A stretch of 64,000 nt of DNA from Ascidiella aspersa (lineage: Eukaryota). This document shows, in pieces, positions 11,648 through 20,289 of the stretch. The stretch lies in assembly GCA_963924565.1 (NCBI GenBank), contig OZ004609.1, positions 10,788,001 through 10,852,000 on the forward strand. Direction: 5' to 3'. A program made the translations under genes and the position numbers. The number at the start of each line of letters is the position of its first letter. The stretch's first letter is position 1. The notes below the pieces were generated by a model. That model ran no database searches. It was not told the DNA's origin and saw only the letters and a program-made list of their open reading frames with translations.

Positions 11648-13063
11648 AAATGGATTTGCGAATACGACATCTAGTTCCATTGTATATGGTATGCAAATGA
11701 AGTTGTCGGTTTTGTCGGTATATCCCACTGTTGACGTCGAGTACGTGGCTCCTCGTAGTTCCTTTTTGATTGATCCCTCATAGACATGCATCTGGGTTGT
11801 TAGTGCTTGGCATTGTGGTGATACACAGGTGCTTGCCTCCCACCATGGTGTTTCGTAATATTGTGCTATGGTCTTGTTTGTGCTGTGTGTCGCGTCGTTG
11901 CATATGGTGTGCGTATCTGATTGCAGGAATTTGATCGGTATTTTTGTGAATGAATCTCCCAGCTGGTATCTTGTGCAGTCCTGATATTCTTCCAGTGGGA
12001 ATTCTGGTACGTCTGCTGAGTTTGTTGTTTGGTATCCATAGTCGAATCTCAATCTGTGGTTGAATCCTGTCTTTTCTGTTGCGACGTCGAGTAACATTAT
12101 TGGCATATTTCTTGTCTTGTCTGTACTGTTGTTTAGTGCTCCTGCTGGCCATAAGTACATGTTCCAATTTGAGAACTTTATCATAGTATACTTGGGTGCT
12201 AGTGACTTGACTTGTGATAGCTGCGTTCCTGTTGTTAGTCCATTTGGCCCGTAGACTCTCCATCTTCTTCCTAACGTTGTTCCTTTTGATTCTAGTGCAC
12301 TCATCTGTCTGTGTATCACTTCACTATGTACGATCATTTGTGCTCCAGCCGCAGGCAACGAAACGCTTTCATAAGTGTTGCCATCCAGCCACGTTTTCCA
12401 TGGTTTGAAGGTTCCCTTTGGGTCGTCGACTGCTTTAGTGTAGAACCACCAGACTCCTTTTGTTTTGCATTTGACCTGGACTGTTGGTTGTACTGGGTGC
12501 ATTCTAGGCACTGGCAATGTTCTTGATCTTCCTCCTCCTCCCCCAGCTCCTGCACTATTAGTCTCCGCAAGTCTTGCTCTTTTCGCTGTTGGTTCTCCGT
12601 CGTCCATAAGTGACTGGGAATTGATGGATAGATCCTCCATCGCCTCATTCATTGGACTTTCTATAGGGCTGTTTCCTCGTATGTTGGCGGGGGTTGTTGT
12701 AGTTGCTGTTGTAGGCCTTGTTCTGTTGTAATTCTGTATCTGCGGCCAATTCTTCTCAGTGCGTGCCTTTTTCGCAGGGGGCATGTGAGGTAGTAATGCC
12801 TTCTTAGCCTTGAACACACCACGCACGATAGTCCCACTAACGCCAGGAATATGAGCGCTATTTCTGAGTAGATCGCTATCCGCAGAATTAAACTTGAAGT
12901 ATGCTTCGTTACCCAATTTTTGATATTGCTTGTCGTGTTCTTTGCAAGCCTCATCAAGTTCCCCAGTAGTGTCTTCCCCTATAGCATTGAACGGTCCGCA
13001 ATGTGGATGACCTGGTATTGTAATTCCACCTGTTGCTAACTTCCTCTTCGAGATCAATCTCAT
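11645..13063 (-). CDS. Parvovirus-like capsid protein with N-terminal phospholipase A2 domain (472 aa)
   Basis: PGHPHCGPFN (Ca-loop variant of PGYKYLGPGN), LDEACKEHDKQY (catalytic HDxxY), YFKFNSADSDLL, NLS-like PPAKKAR and PTAKRAR, glycine tract GAGGGGG. The ORF is uninterrupted. Confidence 0.88.
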   Translation of the reverse strand: MRLISKRKLATGGITIPGHPHCGPFNAIGEDTTGELDEACKEHDKQYQKLGNEAYFKFNSADSDLLRNSAHIPGVSGTIVRGVFKAKKALLPHMPPAKKARTEKNWPQIQNYNRTRPTTATTTTPANIRGNSPIESPMNEAMEDLSINSQSLMDDGEPTAKRARLAETNSAGAGGGGGRSRTLPVPRMHPVQPTVQVKCKTKGVWWFYTKAVDDPKGTFKPWKTWLDGNTYESVSLPAAGAQMIVHSEVIHRQMSALESKGTTLGRRWRVYGPNGLTTGTQLSQVKSLAPKYTMIKFSNWNMYLWPAGALNNSTDKTRNMPIMLLDVATEKTGFNHRLRFDYGYQTTNSADVPEFPLEEYQDCTRYQLGDSFTKIPIKFLQSDTHTICNDATHSTNKTIAQYYETPWWEASTCVSPQCQALTTQMHVYEGSIKKELRGATYSTSTVGYTDKTDNFICIPYTMELDVVFANPF

Positions 13064-13112
13064 AATGAATGTAAACTTACCTTATTTGCATATTATATTC
13101 CCTTTCTTGTCT

Positions 13113-13189
13113 ACACTAAACACTACACTAATACTAGTGTACTTCAAACACCACTACTCACTAGTGCAGATCCTTTACACTGAATTTAG
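13113..13189. other. Viral hairpin H3a upstream of capsid, right arm truncated
   Basis: ACACTAAACACTACACTA, inner stems AGTGTA/TACACT and CACTA/TAGTG. Cut after TTTAG where the duplicated host flank resumes. Confidence 0.8.
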
Positions 13190-16100
13190 AACATTAAGGA
13201 CGGAACAACTTTCGGCGCTCGTCTAGAATCCTACCACAACGAACATTATTTGGGTTAGGGTGTCGGTTAGCGTTTGGGTTTGGGTGAGTCCAGTAATAGT
13301 GTTAAACAATATTACTTGACCTACCCACACCCAAACACTAACCGACACCCTAACCCACATATTATGCATTGCTTAATATTTATTTCAACGTTGTGGTAGG
13401 ATTCTAGACCAGCGCCCAACTTTCATGTTTTTTGGCTGGTAAAATATATTTCTTAAATTTTGCTTTTCATATAGCTAGCCGTAGTAAACGATAGATTAAC
13501 GTTCTTTTTAGACAGTGAAACTCGTATTCTACCGCGTTATACATTTTGTACCCTTTGTGTTTCTGGAGTTAGCAGCCACCACCTCCTCGAAATACTTTCG
13601 TTTTTTCTTCTGTCGGCGCCACATGAACTCATCGAAAATATCCGGGGATGAATTTCTCTGGTGCGCCATTTACCTCTTTCAGGTACCGTTTAGCCGCGCA
13701 CCACAAGCTTTCGGTGATTGGACCGAATGGTTGACAGTATCATGATATGTATGGAGTGATATCAAATGGAAAACGAACAATGTGGTTACCTGTTAAATTA
13801 TTATAGGCTTGTCACTTATCAGACCAAATTGTAGTTCCAGGCATGATGTTGGCCTGAATAATCGGCAGTAATGTCGTGGCACGGTTTGAAGGAAGCATTC
13901 CCTTAAAGCAGCAGTGTTAAGTAGACATAAAATGAAAATCTTATCTTGTCGAGATGTCCACGCCGCCAAATACCCCATGTTTGGGAAGTAGGGCGAGCCT
14001 GGGCATTTGCACTTGACTTGCGTCGTGCCACCATTGATTGACTCGTCGATGGCCACCACATGCCTGCCCTACTTCCCCGATCATTTGCCGATTAACAATT
14101 AGGTCTGCAGAGCATATCTTTGAAAAAAGGTTTGTTTAAACCAAGTTAAGTTTGTAAAATACTGGCTAATCTGACAAAGTACTGTCCCTACTTTGTATAC
14201 TAAGTTTAGTGGAAAATATTTAAAGATAATTGTAATAATAACTCTTCGAAACACATAAAACAAAAAGAGTAAACACCAAAAAATTTAGTTTCAACCTTAC
14301 AAAATGTATTTTTCCACCTAAATTTTACGACATACGATCAATCCTGCTGATTTTGTTGCTAGGAAGCCATTATAACATGCTTGAAAGAGCTAACTAGGTT
14401 AGAGGCGCTAAAGTGTTAAAATATTAAAGTTATTGGGGGGGGGGGGGGTGGCTCATCGGTCCGGCCTGATCATAGGTCCCGGTTTTCCCTTACAAAGTTA
14501 CAATGCCCCTTTTGTAACACTGTTCAGAATTTGTCATATCTTAACTACTGGCTACTCCCTCCTCACAAAAAATGACTGGATATGTTAGGAACGCACTCAC
14601 AGTACACCCGTTTTAGCTTTTTCAAAACTATGTTCTTTCCGTACGTTTTTTTACCATACTCTTACTTACACTCCATCCAGGGTTACATTAAACTGTTCGG
14701 ACTTTTGGGATGTTTTTTTAAATCAGAATAATTCGGATTTTGTTTATCTGAGTAACAAGCACTATCTGTTTGACAGTAAAACAAAATTTTGTACATTTAA
14801 AAACTGTATTAAGGATTTCTGGCGCTAATCCGGGTCGCGCTGCCGGCGCCACATAAACTCAATCTAGGTAGCCTGGTATGAGATGTGCCGGAGCGCCGTT
14901 CACACTTTTTGGGTAGCGTTTTGCTGCACACCATCATAGACTTTCAATATGGTTTGTGTGAACGCCAGCTGGTGATAAAAATTCTATTGAATCGTGCTGG
15001 AACCCTATAGCAGGAAAAAAAGTTTTATCTCATCAATTATTTTTTTTATAAACGGGAATAGCGCAACAGCTAAAGCTATAAACATCTACATTGTTTTAAA
15101 CTTACACGACAAGTTGGCGTAGGCGCGCCACATGTCGGACCATATTGTGGTGCTTGGCTCCTGTTTGCCAATATAATGGGTGAAGCATTCTCTAGAAAAA
15201 CATAAATAAAAATGAAGTGATATCGCAACAAATATGTATATACGGTAAGTTGATGTTATTAAATGAACTCACTTGGTGTCGACGCCGCCAAATACCCACA
15301 ATTGGGGTATATTGACCATGCCTTATTGGCGCTTAGCTTACGCCGAGCCACCAGGGGATTATTCGTCGATTGCGACGACGTGGCCGACGCCGCCTATCAG
15401 TGCCCTTTCAGCTAGCAAATCATGTGAACAAATCTGTGAAAAACATAAATTTTTATAAAACTTCAAACGCACGCATAGTCGCATACATACACACACACAC
15501 ACGCGCAAAAACGATAAACATAGTAGTTATACTTCTAACAAATTTCGCCAATTAGTCTGTTTCGACAGGGCAGTTTGGCGGAGGATATCTATCGTCGTTG
15601 CTTTATATGCCCAATGGTAACCCAGTCAGAAATTTTAATGCGGGCCTTACTCGAACTATCATCGGTGTTAGTATGGCCCATTACCAGATTACCACAGAAA
15701 CCCCATAGATATATCCCAGCTGGGAGACCGGAAAGGTAACATCGGCCCATGTTAGATTTTCTTTGATTTCCCATACATGGCATCCCACATATGGTTCAAG
15801 CGTGAAACTAGCCTGGCCAAATATATTCCTGCTTTACACCAATTTTAAAATAGCAAGCAATCAATATTTATTGTCATTAAATTTCCGCGCACAGAAGCAC
15901 AATAACAGCACGTACAAAAATATCAAACGGTTATTCAAAAAAAAAAGTTAAAAACAATTGAAGAAAACGGCTTTAAAGAATAACTTAGGAATGATTAAAT
16001 ATAAACACAAATAGAAAAAAAGAATTATAAACATTGCTGTAATAAAAAAAACATGGATAGAACTTTTGACATCACACGAGTTACAAACCGCAAAATACTA

Positions 16101-16450
16101 AACAATTAAATCATAAGTTATGGCCAATTCTTTCAGAGTTTTGACAGTTGATGGAATGCTTAACCAAGAGGTTCGTAAACAATAAATAGCTAAATGTAAC
16201 TGTTGACAGTATACTCATAAACACATATTAATGCAATTTATGCCTGAGTTTTGGTTTTCATATCCACTTGTAATTGTTTCTTGGTGGTTACAAACACAAT
16301 ATTGAGTGTTGAGTGAGGATATGGAACATCTGTAATAACATAATTAGTGTTAATGTATGTGTATACATGTTTATATACACATAAATATTAAAATTATGTG
16401 CTAGTAAAACGTTTGAACTAACTATGTTTACAAAAGCAACAAACCTGCTT
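13189..16450 (+). repeat. Segmental duplication, copy 2 (includes MITE copy 13214-13416)
   Basis: Near-identical to 6920-10180. Confidence 0.97.
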
Positions 16451-16574
16451 AAAGCAGTGTAGTGTAATAGTGTATCTAATTAGCATATTTATAATTTTTT
16501 TCTTTTTATTCAAATTTTTTTTTTCTTTTTTTCTTAGTTCGGAGGGTCAAACGAACTCCAATCATAACCCCTCT

Positions 16575-16667
16575 GCACTAAACACTACACTAAACTTAAT
16601 GTATTTTATTTTACACTAGTACTTAGTGCAGAATAGATTACATTAAATATAGTGCAGTGTTTAGTAC
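16575..16667. other. Viral hairpin H1b
   Basis: GCACTAAACACTACACTA...TTAATGTA...CACTA-GTACT-TAGTG...TACATTAA...TAGTGCAGTGTTTAGTAC. Confidence 0.88.
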
Positions 16668-16707
16668 CCACAATAACATACGATATATACAACATACAAT
16701 AATACAA

Positions 16708-16902
16708 TTAAAATTCGATTCCACTTTCTTTCATTGCAGCTTCAACCATGTCTATCATTTCGTAGTCCAATGCTTGTAATTCTTCGTCTTGTTTTTCTTC
16801 GTCTCGTTTTTCCTGTTGACATGTGCACTGCGCACACATCCCATTGTGCTCACAACTTCTTCCGTCGTCATAGAAGTCTTCTATGGTTGTCTCAGCGGCC
16901 AA
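16708..16902 (-). CDS. Small acidic Cys/His-rich viral ORF (64 aa)
   Basis: Overlaps the Rep stop codon and ends ~40 nt before the hairpin. Contains CEHNGMCAQCTC. Confidence 0.5.
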   Translation of the reverse strand: MAAETTIEDFYDDGRSCEHNGMCAQCTCQQEKRDEEKQDEELQALDYEMIDMVEAAMKESGIEF

Positions 16903-18329
16903 GCCCGTGGCAGTCTCAACACGTGATGTCTTGGCCGCCGGTTCTTCTTCTTCTGATTCATACGCCCTTTTACTTCCTCTGCTGCTTTGTGTGCTCTCTT
17001 GTCCTCTTCTTCTTCCTCTTCTTCTGCGCTATCTTCTTGTAGTAGTTGTGATACTTTTCTCACGTACTCCGCTATTTCAATCAACGATGGCTGAACAGCC
17101 ATTTGGCGTTGCTCCATTTTCTCTACGATTTCTTCTACTAACTCCATTAGTACCTCGTCGGTAATATCCGAGGTGATTCTTTTCTGTTGACCGAGGTTGG
17201 GATTTTCGCTTGCTTCGTTCCACTCTGCGGTAACAAATCTTCGCCGCATTGGCGCCATATCCTCGAGCCCTGCCATCTTGACTAACGGGTTGTTGGCGTT
17301 TGTAGTAATAAACGCGCAGGTCGCCTCGTTGTCCTGCCGGTCGCCGTGAGTCTTGGCGCTCCACGCATTGTGGTGCATAAACTTCACGGCGGCCAGCAGT
17401 GCGTCGTTGTTAAAGAAGGCGTTGCCTGCGTCATCCACCTTCAGAACTTTATGACGAAAACGTAGGGCCATCTGCCCCACGCCCTGCGAATCGTTGGTAA
17501 GGATACTCGCGTACTCTACCGGGAAGAACATTTTCCCGAGGAAGGTCTTCCCTTTTCCCGCCACCCCGTGTAGCATTATGTGGGGGGCATACTCTATGCC
17601 TCCTGCTTCTGATCTTGCTTCTAGGCCCGCCTGAATCAGTACCAGCAACAGCTCGTCGGTTGTCAATTGATCGTGATTGTACTCTATGTTTGTGGCCTGT
17701 TTAATTATATGATAGATTCCTTCTTTTGCTTCTTGTACTGTGTCCACTTGGGCACTTGATTTTTTGACATCTTCTTTAGGGCCCTCTTCAATTTATTCTT
17801 TTTTTTTGCCAAATGTCACCTGGTTGTACGCACGCTTGGCCAGGAGTTCCGGAAAAGAAAAGTCTCTCTGGAATAAACGCTCTTTGTAAACGTTCATACT
17901 TGGCTTGGTGTCGTACTCGGCGGCCACCTCCTCTGCGATTTTTTGATACTGCCCCTTGTTTGCCGCTGATCCCTTTTACATAAATTCTTTCATTTGATCC
18001 GGTACCTCTATGGGCTCGGCATGTTTGTACATGTACCGAGCCCATTCCGCTTGATTTTTCACTGCTGCCACGTAGGTCAACGTAAACCCGTGGTTTTTGA
18101 GGAGCTCTGTTACCCTCTTCTTCGTAACTGCCGGTGACTGTGCTGCCCCCCCCTGATTCTTCATTATGAACATTCCATGATGGTGTGTAATGTTCGAGTT
18201 GCCTTTCTCTAGGGGGCCTACATAGATTGTGTAGCGTGCCGTCTGGGTAATTCCAGGTTTCCCAGCTACCGTTGTGAATGCCCACTTTCGGCCTCTGTAG
18301 CTTGATGCTTGCTCTTCTGATCCATTCAT
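16881..18329 (-). pseudogene. rep: Full-length CRESS-type Rep (~480 aa reconstructed) with one nonsense codon and two small indels
   Basis: WAFT, THHHG, YMYK, GVAGKGKT, KVDD, B' KTHG, motif C FITTN, Arg finger MRRRF, acidic then basic tail. TAA at 17976-17978, +1 in the poly-A near 17800, +2 near 17742. Confidence 0.92.
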
Positions 18330-18459
18330 GATGATATATTAGTAATAAATCGTCAGTTAATCTATTTACTCTTAAGGTTTTCTGAAATGCAGTATCAAGT
18401 GGGTTAGGTTTAACGTAATTTGCTGCTATATTGCTTATCATATCAATCGTAGGAAACAT
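17788..18459 (-). CDS. Overprinted accessory ORF, copy C
   Basis: MFPTIDMISNIAANYVKPNPLDTAFQKTLR..., homologous to 10845-11510 and open over the same span. Confidence 0.65.
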   Translation of the reverse strand: MFPTIDMISNIAANYVKPNPLDTAFQKTLRVNRLTDDLLLIYHHEWIRRASIKLQRPKVGIHNGSWETWNYPDGTLHNLCRPPRERQLEHYTPSWNVHNEESGGGSTVTGSYEEEGNRAPQKPRVYVDLRGSSEKSSGMGSVHVQTCRAHRGTGSNERIYVKGISGKQGAVSKNRRGGGRRVRHQAKYERLQRAFIPERLFFSGTPGQACVQPGDIWQKKRIN

Positions 18460-18510
18460 TTTTTCAAATGAAACATATTTATTTGCGTCAACATATATAC
18501 ACATTTTTTT

Positions 18511-18575
18511 GCACTAAGTACTACACTATATTTAATACAGTTAAAATTGCACTATAAAAGTAGTACAGTACTAGA
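18511..18575. other. Viral hairpin H2b (shortened variant)
   Basis: GCACTAAGTACTACACTATATTTAAT...TGCACTATA...TAGTACAGTACTAG, in the same position as H2a and abutting the capsid stop. Confidence 0.7.
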
Positions 18576-18798
18576 ACGGATTTGCGAATATGATGTCACA
18601 TTCCATTGTATACGGTATGCAAATGAAGTTGTCCGTCTTGTCCGTATATCCCGTTGTTGACGTTGTGTATTGGGCTGCTCGTAGTTCCTTTTTGATTGAC
18701 TGGTCGTAGACGTGCATCTGGGTTGTTATTGCTTGGCATGATGGTGATTGACACGTACTGGCTTCCCACCATGGTGTTTCGTAGTATTGTGCTATGGT
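18571..18798 (-). pseudogene. Capsid C-terminal fragment, copy C
   Basis: TIAQYYETPWWEASTCQSPSCQAITTQMHVYDQSIKKELR...FICIPYTMECDIIFANPF* aligns with the copy B capsid end. Confidence 0.92.
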
Positions 18799-18835
18799 GG
18801 CTTTTTATGGTGAGACAAAGCCAAATCCGGTTTAG

Positions 18836-18930
18836 GGCGCTGGTCTAGAATCCTACTACAGTTATAAAATCTACACACAAAATTTGAGTTAGGGTGCGAG
18901 TTTGGGTGTGTGGTCAAGTATTATTATATT
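18836..18930 (+). mobile_element. One-ended copy of the Merlin-like MITE
   Basis: GGCGCTGGTCTAGAATCCTAC...GTTAGGGTG...TTTGGGTG. Confidence 0.65.
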
Positions 18931-20289
18931 CTTTATTTAATAAGAATTTAAACAATGCATGAATTTATGACAAATAATAATATTGTTGAATATTAAACTA
19001 ACAATATAATTGTTGTTGCTGATTTGAGTATCTCAGATTACTTAGATTTAATAATATAGATGATGTATGTTAACCTGTAAATATTTCCTGAAGACTTTTG
19101 TACTGGGAAAAATAAAAACAAACATGGAACAACAGCGAAGTGGTATATTCTTATCTGAATGATTTAAAGAGCAAGAATCAAGGCAAGCAACAAAATAATA
19201 CAATCCTGGACAACTTTTGTCTCATGTAATATGTGATGTGTAATGAGAACTAACAAGAAAAAACAATGAGAATTTGTTAAGATTTTTTAAATCAATATTG
19301 TCACCCAACAACTGGCTAAAACTAATATAAACTTGAAAGCACCGAAGGTTGTAGTTTGACATATAATGAATTACTCATTAAACACATAGATAGCGTTTTG
19401 TTAACATTTTTAAATTCAATAAGGGTAATTTATAGAAAATGCAACGTATAAACTTTTTACGAATTTACCTTTTATTTTATTGTTTAATTACAAGTGTCAT
19501 TTGACTTTGTATTCCTTAGTTATGGTTGTTTTTCTATTTGTGTAATGCAACAGAGTTGCTGCTGTGTGGAAAATAGTAATTATTTACAGAGATTTTGTAT
19601 TATGGATGAGTTATTTATGCAAGAATATTTTTTAACGACAATAAACAAAAAATGCACTGGAATGTCATAATATTCTACATTTTGCCATTTGAACACCAGC
19701 TAGTAATGGATTGGGCATCTGGTGGCCGCCAATGTTTGTTAGTGGATGACACAGACAAACACCATATAAAACACAGCAACTAATTCAGGACATCCATTAG
19801 ATATTAAAAGCAATTAAATAAAATACCTGATTCTACTTATGCATATAGCTTCAATTAAACCATAAAAAATACATTAACTAGACTGATCAAAAAGGTCATT
19901 CCAAAGATTTGTATATCATATAAGTTGATTTTACCTAACTTGAAATATTTTTTGGTGCCAGTAAAAACGAAGCATATTTCTCTATCAGCAGGAGCTAAAA
20001 AATCAAGTTATTCTGCTTTATTAGTATTGTGTATAGTGCCAAGCATACCAATACATCACTAATCCCTCAAAATTTAATGGTATATCCATATGCCTTCGAT
20101 TGGGTTGATGTTAGTCGAAACATTTTTAAATATTCGTTTTCCTCCATACAGCCAATGTGGCTTTTGCCTGGTGGAAAATTAATTTCCGGGATTATTTCCC
20201 GAATAGAATCAAATAGCTCTGTATTTGCTATTTTTACAAATTCCTGAAATGTCTTGTGATGTTTTTGGTATATTTGGACGGACATAGAT

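Larger units (their letters stand above)
10180..13189 (-). mobile_element. Endogenous ssDNA viral element, copy B (capsid + overlapping ORF + truncated Rep + three hairpins)
   Basis: GC-richer intronless block with Rep and PLA2-capsid ORFs. The left junction with host DNA is uncertain (at or left of 10180). Confidence 0.92.
16450..18800 (-). mobile_element. Endogenous ssDNA viral element, copy C (capsid 3' end + full-length disrupted Rep block)
   Basis: Same gene order and hairpin positions as copy B, with many synonymous differences. Confidence 0.92.

Noticed and set aside
11645-13063. Host secreted PLA2 gene
   Set aside because: No signal peptide or disulfide-rich pattern, and it has a parvoviral motif layout and viral context.
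13126-13140. TAGTATTAG on the minus strand, one mismatch from the CRESS nonamer TAGTATTAC
   Set aside because: It lies in a stem rather than the loop and is absent from the other hairpins. I found no canonical nonamer.
10300-18575. Hairpins as a CRISPR array or true integron attC sites
   Set aside because: Spacing is kilobase-scale, there is no cas or tyrosine-integrase gene, and the context is eukaryotic. The resemblance to cassettes is only an analogy.
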